A stretch of DNA of 41,224 bases from an uncultured Candidatus Peribacteria bacterium (GCA_964548055.1 CAZJPS010000003.1:1-41224); one strand, 5' to 3'. Numbered from the stretch's first letter, positions 31,075 through 39,910 are shown. Translations and numbers: made by a program. Notes: generated by a model from the letters alone, not told the origin.

Positions 31075-32376
31075 GTGAAAACGATTCTGATCCTTGCCGG
31101 CAAATCACGACGTTTTTGGCCTCTTTCGGAAAAGCCCCTCTTCCCTATCCTTGGGAAGACCCTTGCAGAACATCAGGTGGACGCGCTGAAGTCGGCAGGA
31201 CTCACCGATCTGATTCTCGTTGTGAATAAAGAGAACAAAGCTGAACTTTCCACGCTCTACCCAAAGACTCCCATTGTCGTCCAAGAAGGAGAAGCCCTTG
31301 GAATGCACCGGGCATTCTTAGCTGCCCTCCCGCTTTGTAAAAAAGAAGCGGTGCTCTTAGTCTCGGGCAACGATTTCATTGATCCCTCTGCCTACAAAGA
31401 TTTACAAAAAGAAGCATCTGGAAAAGATGTATCCGGTGCACTCCTCGCTTACAAAGTTAGCAGGTATTTTCCCGGTGGATATCTCACGGTAAAGAATGGA
31501 CAGGTCACGTCCATCATAGAAAAGCCTGGGGAGGGTAAAGAGCCAAGCGATCTTGTGAATATCGTTGCACACGTACACAACGATGCATCGAGGCTTTTAG
31601 AGGCCCTTAAGAAAGTGAAGGAAGGCGATGATGGTTACGAGCGTGCACTCGATTCTCTTTTGAAAACCGAACACTACCGCGCAGTCCCCTATGAAGGTCC
31701 TTGGCAACCCGTAAAGTATTCGTGGCATCTGCTCCCACTCCTCTCTCAGCTCCTTGGCACAATCACGAAACCGTCTATTCACAAGAAAGCGATCATTCAC
31801 CCTACCGCCGTTATAGAAGGAAATGTGATCATCGAAGAAGGCGTGCGCATTCTTCCTCATGCAACAGTGAAGGGCCCTTGCTACATTGGAACCGGATCCA
31901 TTATTGGTAACAATGCCCTCGTGCGAGATTCCAGCATTGGGGAGAACTGCGTGGTGGGTTTTGGCACAGAAGTGAAAGGCAGCATCCTCGCAGGCCCTGT
32001 GTGGACCCACATGACCTACCTGGGCGATAGTGTGGTGGGCCGCAATGTTTCGTTTGGTGGCGGGTGCATGACTGGCAACCTACGCCTCGATGAAAGCGAG
32101 ATCCTCTCTGCAGAGCCTCTCGGTGAAGGCTCCGTTCAAACCGGTCTCACAAAACTTGGGCTGATTGTGGGAGACAACTGCCGCTTTGGAATCCACGTGG
32201 GAACAAACCCTGGAGTAAAGGTGGGGAGTGGCACATTTGTGAGTGGAGGCATAATGCTTGGTAGCGACATTCCAGAGGAAAGTTTTGTGAAGAAGACGGA
32301 GGCAGGCAGTACTGAAGTGAGAAAAAATAAAACTGGCGTTCCAGGAATGGGAGAGAGGAAAAAGTATTTTAGATAA
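31075..32376 (+). CDS. sugar-phosphate nucleotidyltransferase with C-terminal left-handed beta-helix (GlmU/GCD1-like)
   Basis: GTG start. The N-terminal LAGKSRRFWPL is an NTP-transferase loop, and the C-terminus has hexapeptide repeats (IEGNVIIEEGVRILPHATVKGPCYIGTGSIIGNNALVRDSSIGENCVVG). Confidence 0.8.
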   Translation: MKTILILAGKSRRFWPLSEKPLFPILGKTLAEHQVDALKSAGLTDLILVVNKENKAELSTLYPKTPIVVQEGEALGMHRAFLAALPLCKKEAVLLVSGNDFIDPSAYKDLQKEASGKDVSGALLAYKVSRYFPGGYLTVKNGQVTSIIEKPGEGKEPSDLVNIVAHVHNDASRLLEALKKVKEGDDGYERALDSLLKTEHYRAVPYEGPWQPVKYSWHLLPLLSQLLGTITKPSIHKKAIIHPTAVIEGNVIIEEGVRILPHATVKGPCYIGTGSIIGNNALVRDSSIGENCVVGFGTEVKGSILAGPVWTHMTYLGDSVVGRNVSFGGGCMTGNLRLDESEILSAEPLGEGSVQTGLTKLGLIVGDNCRFGIHVGTNPGVKVGSGTFVSGGIMLGSDIPEESFVKKTEAGSTEVRKNKTGVPGMGERKKYFR

Positions 32377-32391
32377 TTGAACGACTGGTAA

Positions 32392-32479
32392 GCTGAGAGT
32401 TGAAAGTGAAAAGTTACGAAGCAGATCTGACACAGGTATTTCTTCTAAAACTTTCACCTATTCACTCCCAACTTTCCAC
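32392..32479. repeat. GTGGAAA-heptamer palindromic element, full intergenic copy abutting the DnaA-box cluster
   Basis: GCTGAGA GTTGAAA GTGAAAA GTTACGAAGCAG...core...TTTCACC TATTCAC TCCCAAC TTTCCAC. It shares the 16-mer GCTGAGAGTTGAAAGT with copy 20245-20341. Confidence 0.8.
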
Positions 32480-32501
32480 GTACTTTGAGGATGTGTACAT
32501 C

Positions 32502-32893
32502 TGTGGATAACCCCTGAAACAAGGACCTAGTTTGCCTTCGGCTATCTCACTCAAGATGGAAATGAAGGTTCTTAATCTTCTTAAAACTGATTTTTATCTC
32601 TTTTTTGCCTCTCGATTGTTCAAAATTGTTATCCACAATGGCTGTGGAAAATGCATCTTGAATGGAGGGGTATACATAGCCTGAGGTATGCACAGGTAGT
32701 TTTATTATTGGCTTACATAAGCCATTTCTTTGTTTCTATGAGCGCTCCTCATTCTTAGGTGGCTTGTCCACGAGTTTTCCACATCCGCCCCACACAGAGA
32801 ATGTGTTCATATGAAGATAGAATTTGATCTAGAAGCCGTCTTCTGTATATTACGTTTCTTTTTTCCACATATTAGACAAGAAGATGTGGAGGA
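32502..32893. promoter_or_regulatory. DnaA-box cluster, candidate chromosomal origin (oriC)
   Basis: Perfect TTATCCACA boxes lie at 32502-32510 (reverse) and 32629-32637. TTTTCCACA boxes lie at 32643-32651 (reverse), 32775-32783 and 32861-32869. Weaker boxes occur at 32764-32772 and 32885-32893. AT-rich tracts flank the cluster, and dnaN lies immediately downstream. Confidence 0.55.
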
Positions 32894-32956
32894 AAGAAAA
32901 GGATGTATGATAATGATGAATTTAGTATTTTCCCTTTCCTTTCCTTCCTATAAGAC

Positions 32957-34099
32957 ATGAAATTTTCCTGCACAACTTCAGATTTTCTTTCCTCACTTCA
33001 ACTTGTAAGTAGAGCAATTGGAAGCCAGCAAGCTCTTCCAATTTTAGGAAATGTTCTTTTAGAGGCGAAAGGAATTAGTTGTACTGTAAGTGCGACAGAT
33101 TTAGAGCTGAGTATTATCACTAGTTTTCCTGCAGCTATTGAGAGCGAAGGATCAATTACAATTCCTGCAAAGGCAATTGTAAATTTTGCACAGTACAATT
33201 CAGATCAAGAATTAACGTTGGAGGTAAAAGATGGAACGCAATTAAAATGTACTTCTAAACACGCAAAAACAGTGATAGCGGGAGAGGCTGCTTCAGAGTA
33301 TCCAACAATCACAGAAGTAGAAAAACAGACATCATTCTCTTTAGACCCAGCTGTTCTTTTACAGTCTCTTCATTATGTCACTTTTGCGGCAGCCAGAACA
33401 ACACTGCGTCCTGTTCTTTCTGGTGTGTATGTTCGCAGAAGTGGTCATTCTCTTATTCTTGTTTCTACTGATAGCTACCGTCTTTCAGAGTTCAAGCTTC
33501 CTGCAGATGGGGAGGATCAGGAGCTTTCCTGTATAATTCCGGTAAAGATTTTAGAGGAAGTGAAGGTGGCTCTAAGTGCTCAAAAAGGAGACAAGAAGGG
33601 AAAGGAAGAAAAGGAGAATATGCCAAGAGTGGCCGTAACACTTAGTAAGCAGCAGATTGAGGTGAAAATTGGTGATACGAGGTTTATGTCCCGCCTGATT
33701 GATGGCAAGTTTCCAAATTACGAACAGATTATTCCTAAGGAAACGACGACCACTATCCTCTTCACCACAAGCGAGCTCCTCGTTGCCGTAAAACGCATGC
33801 ACTATTTTGCGAAAGAGATGAATAACAATCTCACATTCACTTTTTCGGAAGGCAAAGCAGTAATTGCCACTCCTCAAACACAGGTAGGAAAGGATGAGGC
33901 TGAGTTAACTGCGGAGATTACGGGGGGAGATACTAAGATCGCTCTCAGTTCCTCTTATCTTTTAGATTTCCTCAATCATATTGATAGTGATGTTGTTGTG
34001 ATGAAGATGACAGACCCCCAACATCCGGCTATCTTTGGCCTTCCGGGAGAGGAGAGGTTTTTGCATCTTATAATGCCTTTGAGGATGCAGGAAGCATGA
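32957..34099 (+). CDS. dnaN: DNA polymerase III beta sliding clamp
   Basis: 380 aa. The N-terminus MKFSCTTSDFLSSLQLVSRAIGSQQALPILGNVLLEAKG, the segment LIDGKFPNYEQIIP and the C-terminal LIMPLRM are typical of DnaN. Confidence 0.92.
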   Translation: MKFSCTTSDFLSSLQLVSRAIGSQQALPILGNVLLEAKGISCTVSATDLELSIITSFPAAIESEGSITIPAKAIVNFAQYNSDQELTLEVKDGTQLKCTSKHAKTVIAGEAASEYPTITEVEKQTSFSLDPAVLLQSLHYVTFAAARTTLRPVLSGVYVRRSGHSLILVSTDSYRLSEFKLPADGEDQELSCIIPVKILEEVKVALSAQKGDKKGKEEKENMPRVAVTLSKQQIEVKIGDTRFMSRLIDGKFPNYEQIIPKETTTTILFTTSELLVAVKRMHYFAKEMNNNLTFTFSEGKAVIATPQTQVGKDEAELTAEITGGDTKIALSSSYLLDFLNHIDSDVVVMKMTDPQHPAIFGLPGEERFLHLIMPLRMQEA

Positions 34100-34147
34100 A
34101 TGTATAGTATCTTTGCTGGCTAACTAGGGCTGTGTACAATACCTCTT

Positions 34148-34666
34148 ATGAGAATATCCATAGGGCTTTTCGGTTTTGTTGTAGGATGTATTGGGGGACT
34201 GTTATTTAATGGATTTCTTTTAGGTAGAATAGAAATGAAAATAGGAGTCGCTTTTATAGTAGGAAGTATAATATTATTATGGTTTATAGCGCACTTTACT
34301 GCATTTTATGCACACCTCTTTCCAGGTGATGCCCAATATACTCAAGGAACCATTGGCAAACGGAGAGCTTATATTGAAGTTTTTTCTGGTTGGTTTTTTG
34401 GAATTGGATTAGCGTTTCTGGGGTATGGATTTGGTGAAAAAGGCTATCCAATCCCATCAATAATTTTTATTCCAATTCTTGTGATAATAATTGGATTATT
34501 GGAGATAACATCTTGGAAAAGACAACATCTTATATTGATTAGTTTTAGAACATGGGGCGCTTCATATGAATCTTTTGAAAAAGGTATACGATTTATCCGA
34601 CGTTTTATGTTTGTAACTTCTATTTTATTTGCAACTATAGCCATAACCACTTTCCTTTTATTATAA
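34148..34666 (+). CDS. hypothetical polytopic membrane protein
   Basis: 172 aa with an ATG start and 4-5 hydrophobic segments. It looks AT-richer than its neighbours by eye. I recognise no family. Confidence 0.55.
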   Translation: MRISIGLFGFVVGCIGGLLFNGFLLGRIEMKIGVAFIVGSIILLWFIAHFTAFYAHLFPGDAQYTQGTIGKRRAYIEVFSGWFFGIGLAFLGYGFGEKGYPIPSIIFIPILVIIIGLLEITSWKRQHLILISFRTWGASYESFEKGIRFIRRFMFVTSILFATIAITTFLLL

Positions 34667-34675
34667 GAAATAGCA

Positions 34676-34704
34676 TTGAAAGTACTTGTATAAATCCGTA
34701 TTAT
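34676..34704 (+). promoter_or_regulatory. sigma70-like promoter upstream of mfd
   Basis: TTGAAA (34676-34681), a 17-nt spacer, then TATTAT (34699-34704), about 110 nt upstream of the mfd ATG. Confidence 0.3.
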
Positions 34705-34815
34705 AGGTCTAGTTAGAACGATTTCCGGGGACGGCGCCATTTTTTTGTAGATGCAGATAACGGCCTTGTTGTAGAGCAGGCCGAGCCCGATCCCAAACTA
34801 CAGCCCCAATTAAAC

Positions 34816-37800
34816 ATGAAACCCTCTCTCCTTCTTGGTAAGGAGACACATCGGGAACTAAGCGACCTCCTTTCCAAGGAAGGGCGTCTCATTTTGTCTG
34901 GAGCTTCCAATGAGACTGCGAAGGCGATGCTGGTCAGCCACCTCCTCCACTTCCGTCCACAGCCAGCACTTTTGGTTACTCAGAATGAAGCTGCCTCGGA
35001 AGGGCTCCGGCACTGGCTTTCGTTTTTCGATCAACATCCAAGATCTTTGGAGATAGTAACGAACGAGGAGGGTGAGGTGGTTCCAGAAAGAATTCAATCA
35101 TTCTTTCTTTTCATGCAGTCAACACTCTCTCAGGAGCCACAAGTATTTGTGATGACGCGGGATGCATGGGAGGAGGAGTTCCCATCCTTTAAAGAGCTGG
35201 ATAGCAGGAAGATGATTTTAAAAGAGGGTGAGGAGGTTCCCTTCACATTGTTTGTGGAAGGACTGCTGGAGCGCGGCTACAGCCATGGTCAGGATTTGTA
35301 TTTGCATCCAGGCGAATACCGGAGAATTGGAGACACGTTAGATATTTATCCCATTCAAGCATCGCACTCGTACCGGGTGAGTTTTGATTTCGATAAGGTG
35401 TCTAAAATTATGGCGGTGGATCCTGCCGATCTTTCTAAAACGCATGATGGAGGAAAGGAACTCCTCCTCCTTCCAGCCCTATACGAAAGAACCCTCCCGC
35501 TTCGTGAGCAGCTTCCCAAGGGGGCTTTGCTCATTCTGGATGATCAGGATGACATTGTCCCACCTCTTAAAACTCCTACACTTTCCTTCACGGCTTTTCC
35601 ACAGAGCCAGGAGCATCACGCACATGTGCGATATTTATCTGTGCTCAAGTTCTATACGCTTACAGACTTTTTAAATGATATACGTGATAAATTGCAGCAA
35701 GAATGGACGCTTACTGTGGTAACAAAGCGTCTGGAAGAGCTGGAAGAAATTTTTAAGGAAGAGCGGGTATCGTATATTTCTTCTCATGAGCGTCGTTCCG
35801 GGGCTATTACGTTACTTGGGGCAAATGAGGGGGATTTACTTCCGCACTCGCTTCAAAATCCAGATTTAAAGAGTGCGCTTCTTACGGACCGTGAGATATT
35901 TTCCCTCCGCAAAGGAAGTAAGCAGCGAAGCATTGCCAAGCTTGCATTGGAATTCGTTACTTCTCTTCAGCCAGGAGATTATGTGGTGCACATGGAACAC
36001 GGCATTGGGCACTTTGAAGGGATGACCCAGAAGGAGATTGATGGTGTGGCCCGCGAGTATTTGGAACTTACGTATGCCGAAGGCGACAAACTTTTTGTGC
36101 CTGTAGATCAGGCGGATAAGCTGAGTAAATTTGTGCACGAAGAAGGTGAGGAGCCCACGCTCACGCGCCTTGGGACGGTGGAATGGAAACGCCTTACGGA
36201 GAAAATGAGGGCAGAAACAAAGGAGATTGCGAAGGAGCTTTTGGCTCTTTACGCAAAACGAGCGAAAAGCAAAGGCCACTCATATCCGTTGGATTCCGAG
36301 AGGCAGAGAAAGTTCGAAGAGAGTTTCCCCTACGAGGAAACACCGGGCCAGCGCAAGGCGATTCAGGATATTAAAGAAGATATGGAAGGAGAACATCCTA
36401 TGGACCGCTTGGTTTGTGGAGATGTGGGATTTGGAAAAACAGAAGTGGCCATGCGCGCTGCTTTCAAGGCGGCGGATGCAGGCAAGCAGGTGGCGGTTAT
36501 TGCGCCTATTACCATCTTAGCCGACCAGCACTATCGCAATTTTATGGAGCGCATGAAGCCCTTTGGAATGAAGGTGGAAATGATGTCGCGATTTCGATCT
36601 GCTGCCGAGCAGCGCGTGATTTTAGAAAAGCTTCGGAAGGGTGATGTGAATATTGTTATTGGTACTCATCGGCTACTACAAGATGACGTGAAGTTTTTTG
36701 ATTTAGGCTTGGTAGTGATTGATGAAGAGCAAAGGTTTGGAGTGAAACAAAAAGAAAAATTTAAAGAACTGCGTGCATCTGTAGATATTCTCACGCTCAC
36801 TGCAACGCCTATTCCCCGTACGCTCAATTTAGGTCTTCATAAATTACGAGATATCACAACAATTACCACTCCCCCACCTGGCCGCCTACCAATTATTACA
36901 GAAGTTCGGAAATATTCTGAGGACCTGGTTCGCCAGGCAATCCTTACAGAACTGAAGCGAGGAGGGCAATGCTTTGTGCTGCATAACAGAGTAGAGACTA
37001 TTGATGCTTTTGCTCAAAAACTTCGTACTCTGGTGCCAGAGGCGACATTTATAGTGGGCCATGGTCAGCTAAAGCCAGAAGATCTGGAGGCGCGAATTTT
37101 GGCTTTTAAAGAAGGAAAATACACAGTGCTCGTCAGCTCTACCATCATTGAAAACGGAATCGACCTGCCTCGGGCAAACACTCTCATTGTTAACGAAGCC
37201 GAAAGATTTGGACTCTCACAGCTCTATCAGCTGCGCGGACGAGTAGGCCGCAGCAAGCTTCAGGCATACGCATACTTTTTGTACCACACTCAGAAGCTTC
37301 AGGAAGACGCCAAGAAGCGCCTCCGAGCAATTGTGGAAGCCTGCGAGCTTGGAAGTGGCTTCCAGGTGGCTATGCGCGATCTTGAGATACGTGGCGCGGG
37401 AGAAATTTTGGGATCAAGCCAATCGGGCACAATGCAGACAGTGGGAGTAAGCCATTACTTGCGCATGTTAAAGCAGGCCGTAGAGGATCTGAGGCATGGC
37501 AGTAAGGGGGATGTGGCTGCAGAGGAGGCCCCGGTAGAAATTCAGCTTCCCGTGGAAGCCTTTATTCCTGCGTTCTATATTACTGAGAGTGAAGAGAAAA
37601 TTTCTGTATACCAAAAACTTGCAGGAAGTGAAGATGAGGCAATTTTGAAGGAATTCGAAACGGATCTGCGCGAAGAATACGGCGAGCTTCCCGTTCAGGT
37701 GATGAATCTTTTGTCGGTTCTGCGCCTCCGTATGGCGTGCCGTAGAGCTGGCGTGCAGCGCATTAAAATGGAAGACGGAAAAGATCGTTTTGTTGTTCTT

Positions 37801-37980
37801 ACTCTCAGTCCCCGCGTGACTGCAAAGGAAATCATGCAGCTCCTCTCCCATAACCCTCAGTGGAAAATTAGCGGATCTACGCTTCGGATGTCTGAACAAG
37901 TTCTCCTCCAGAAAGCCAAAGGGAAGGATTGGGTATTGCATTTAGCGTCTGAAGTGTCTCACTTAGAAAAGAAAAAATAG
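34816..37980 (+). CDS. mfd: transcription-repair coupling factor
   Basis: 1054 aa. It has the CarD/TRCF RNAP-interaction domain (GDYVVHMEHGIGHFEG), the SF2 helicase motifs GDVGFGKTEVA, DEEQRFG, TATPIPRT and QLRGRVGRS, and a C-terminal TRCF domain. Confidence 0.93.
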   Translation: MKPSLLLGKETHRELSDLLSKEGRLILSGASNETAKAMLVSHLLHFRPQPALLVTQNEAASEGLRHWLSFFDQHPRSLEIVTNEEGEVVPERIQSFFLFMQSTLSQEPQVFVMTRDAWEEEFPSFKELDSRKMILKEGEEVPFTLFVEGLLERGYSHGQDLYLHPGEYRRIGDTLDIYPIQASHSYRVSFDFDKVSKIMAVDPADLSKTHDGGKELLLLPALYERTLPLREQLPKGALLILDDQDDIVPPLKTPTLSFTAFPQSQEHHAHVRYLSVLKFYTLTDFLNDIRDKLQQEWTLTVVTKRLEELEEIFKEERVSYISSHERRSGAITLLGANEGDLLPHSLQNPDLKSALLTDREIFSLRKGSKQRSIAKLALEFVTSLQPGDYVVHMEHGIGHFEGMTQKEIDGVAREYLELTYAEGDKLFVPVDQADKLSKFVHEEGEEPTLTRLGTVEWKRLTEKMRAETKEIAKELLALYAKRAKSKGHSYPLDSERQRKFEESFPYEETPGQRKAIQDIKEDMEGEHPMDRLVCGDVGFGKTEVAMRAAFKAADAGKQVAVIAPITILADQHYRNFMERMKPFGMKVEMMSRFRSAAEQRVILEKLRKGDVNIVIGTHRLLQDDVKFFDLGLVVIDEEQRFGVKQKEKFKELRASVDILTLTATPIPRTLNLGLHKLRDITTITTPPPGRLPIITEVRKYSEDLVRQAILTELKRGGQCFVLHNRVETIDAFAQKLRTLVPEATFIVGHGQLKPEDLEARILAFKEGKYTVLVSSTIIENGIDLPRANTLIVNEAERFGLSQLYQLRGRVGRSKLQAYAYFLYHTQKLQEDAKKRLRAIVEACELGSGFQVAMRDLEIRGAGEILGSSQSGTMQTVGVSHYLRMLKQAVEDLRHGSKGDVAAEEAPVEIQLPVEAFIPAFYITESEEKISVYQKLAGSEDEAILKEFETDLREEYGELPVQVMNLLSVLRLRMACRRAGVQRIKMEDGKDRFVVLTLSPRVTAKEIMQLLSHNPQWKISGSTLRMSEQVLLQKAKGKDWVLHLASEVSHLEKKK

Positions 37981-37984
37981 CCTT

Positions 37985-38040
37985 GAGTAAATCCCAAATC
38001 CCAAGCTCCAATGTTGGGATTTGGTCATTGGGATTTACTC
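37985..38040. repeat. TTGGGAT-unit palindrome immediately after the mfd stop
   Basis: GAGTAAATCCCAAATCCCAAGCTCCAATGTTGGGATTTGGTCATTGGGATTTACTC. The outer stem is 13 bp (GAGTAAATCCCAA/TTGGGATTTACTC) and the inner stem is 7 bp. Confidence 0.8.
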
Positions 38041-38102
38041 AAATCGCAGATAGGCGAGATCTAGCCTCAAAGGCTCTTTTCTGCTATACTGGTGAGAAAC
38101 CC

Positions 38103-38447
38103 ATGACACAAACAGCTACACCCCCCTCTCCCCCAAAAATCCCCACCGGACGTGAGATTTTTGATGCCATTATGGGGCATATTGAAGTGGAGCTGACAAC
38201 CGAAGGCCTGAAGACGATCGCAGAAAAGTATAAAAATGAGACCCATGAGGATTTAGAGGCCCGAAAGAAACGGTATGCAGCGGCTTTTGAGAGGTATGAG
38301 CAGGCGTACATGGGGTACATGGATGTGCTTCACTCTCAAGTATTACGTTTCCGCAAAGAGTCATTCACCCAAGTGGAAATGGAAGTGAAAGGGAAGGATC
38401 AAGCAGCGCTTGAGAATCTTTCTCAGCAATTCCAAACAGCAGTATGA
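38103..38447 (+). CDS. hypothetical protein
   Basis: I trimmed the track ORF to ATG 38103 (MTQTATPPSPPKIP) because the upstream codons are the palindrome 37985-38040. The product is 114 aa, helical and charged, with no family I recognise. Confidence 0.5.
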   Translation: MTQTATPPSPPKIPTGREIFDAIMGHIEVELTTEGLKTIAEKYKNETHEDLEARKKRYAAAFERYEQAYMGYMDVLHSQVLRFRKESFTQVEMEVKGKDQAALENLSQQFQTAV

Positions 38448-38716
38448 AGTTCATATCTACACATTTTTGGCGGGAACATCGCATCCTTAGCGCTATGCCT
38501 ACTCCAGAGCAGCAGCCAGTACTTCAGGATCTTGAGCAAAAGACGGAGGTAAAAGATGAAGGTTTATTGCGCGTACAAACACCAGACGAGCTTCTTAAAT
38601 CTGTATCCGAGATGGTGACGGGGAAAGTGCATATTGCAGATACTCAAGCAGATATATATAGGCAAATTCTTCAGAAAACAGGAGCAGACATTGCCGCTAT
38701 TCGTACAGCTATTTAG
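38444..38716 (+). CDS. hypothetical protein
   Basis: 90 aa. Its ATG overlaps the previous stop (ATGA), which suggests coupling. An alternative start is MPTPEQQ. I recognise no family. Confidence 0.4.
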   Translation: MKFISTHFWREHRILSAMPTPEQQPVLQDLEQKTEVKDEGLLRVQTPDELLKSVSEMVTGKVHIADTQADIYRQILQKTGADIAAIRTAI

Positions 38717-38759
38717 CTTTCTTATTTTCAATCTACGCTCTATCCACTCCCATACCATT

Positions 38760-39365
38760 ATGGATTCATCCACATCTACCGCCGCCCTCCTCGAACAACT
38801 CTTCGCAGGAACCGAGGGCTACGCTCTCTCTTCCCAGGGAAGATCTCGCCTTGGGTGCGATGCTGATCCTGCATTTACCTATGGTGAAGTATCTTTAGAA
38901 GCCATGCGCCAGATGCTGGATAGCGTGGAGCCGCAGGCAGGAGAGGTGTTCTACGATCTTGGATCAGGCACGGGAAAGGGAGTTATTTACGCCTCTCTTT
39001 TGTACGCATTTGCGAGGGCAACAGGCATTGAACTTCTGGAAGAGCTGTACAATGCTGCGGATGCAATCCGCATGCGCTACGAAGAAGCGCGTCAGCAGCA
39101 TGGTCGAAATACGCAGGTGGACTTTCGTCTCGGTGATATTTTTACCGAGGACATTTCCGATGGAAACATCGTCTTCTCCCACTGCACCTGCTTCGACGAT
39201 ATTCTGATGAACCGTCTAGCTACCAAGCTCGAGACTCTCAAACCAGGTTCCCGTGTGATCACCGTCACTAAGAACCTCATCTCCCCGGAATTCGAACTGC
39301 TTGGCAGCATGCCTGTGACGATGGCGTGGGGTCAGGCGACGGCGTGGATGCACAGACGAAAATAA
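38760..39365 (+). CDS. class I SAM-dependent methyltransferase, DOT1-like
   Basis: I trimmed the track ORF to ATG 38760 (MDSSTSTAALLEQLF). Motif I is VFYDLGSGTGKGVIYA, followed by GIELLEE, RLGDIF, NIVFSHCTCF and LKPGSRVITVTK. The layout matches the DOT1 fold as I recall it. Confidence 0.7.
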   Translation: MDSSTSTAALLEQLFAGTEGYALSSQGRSRLGCDADPAFTYGEVSLEAMRQMLDSVEPQAGEVFYDLGSGTGKGVIYASLLYAFARATGIELLEELYNAADAIRMRYEEARQQHGRNTQVDFRLGDIFTEDISDGNIVFSHCTCFDDILMNRLATKLETLKPGSRVITVTKNLISPEFELLGSMPVTMAWGQATAWMHRRK

Positions 39366-39383
39366 CAGTGTAGAATCTGTTGC

Positions 39384-39833
39384 ATGAAGATACTTCAAGA
39401 GTTCAAAGAATTCGCAGCGCGCGGAAATGTGATCGATCTCGCAGTGGGCGTGATTATTGGTGCTGCCTTTGGCAAGATCGTCACTTCGTTTGTGAATGAC
39501 GTGGTGATGCCGCCGCTTGGATTACTGCTTGGGAAAGTGGATTTCAAAGATTTATATATCAACCTCTCTGGAAAAGAGTACGCCTCGCTCACGCAGGCCA
39601 AATCGATGGGTGCTGCTACTATTAATTACGGCGCCTTTTTCAATGCAATCGTCGAATTTCTCATCGTCTCATTCGTCATCTTTCTCTTCGTTCGTCAGAT
39701 CAATCGCCTCAGGAATTTACGTGCACCCAAAGATGGAGAACCTACTTCGAAGGAGTGTCCCTTTTGCCTCTCCAGCATCCCCTTTAAAGCAACGAGGTGT
39801 GGGCACTGTACGTCGGAGGTGAAAGTGGCTTAG
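39384..39833 (+). CDS. mscL: large-conductance mechanosensitive channel with C-terminal zinc-ribbon tail
   Basis: [33 protein letters not shown] is the canonical MscL N-terminus and TM1. TM2 is [12 protein letters not shown], and the tail is [22 protein letters not shown]. Confidence 0.9.
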   Translation: MKILQEFKEFAARGNVIDLAVGVIIGAAFGKIVTSFVNDVVMPPLGLLLGKVDFKDLYINLSGKEYASLTQAKSMGAATINYGAFFNAIVEFLIVSFVIFLFVRQINRLRNLRAPKDGEPTSKECPFCLSSIPFKATRCGHCTSEVKVA

Positions 39834-39910
39834 GTGCTGTTTTAGTAGATCTAACATCAGATGATATTGATGGGTATTGTTCTCTTCATGATTCGTGTAT
39901 CATTCCGATT

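Noticed and set aside
16353-32479. Whether the short tandem repeats could be CRISPR arrays.
   Set aside because: The units are only 7-12 nt, directly abutting with no unique spacers, and arranged as inverted arms. No cas genes are present in the window.
37983-38102. The first 40 codons of track ORF 37983..38447 (MSKSQIPSSNVGIWSLGF...).
   Set aside because: This stretch is the translation of the 37985-38040 palindrome directly after the mfd stop. The ATG at 38103 gives a cleaner start.
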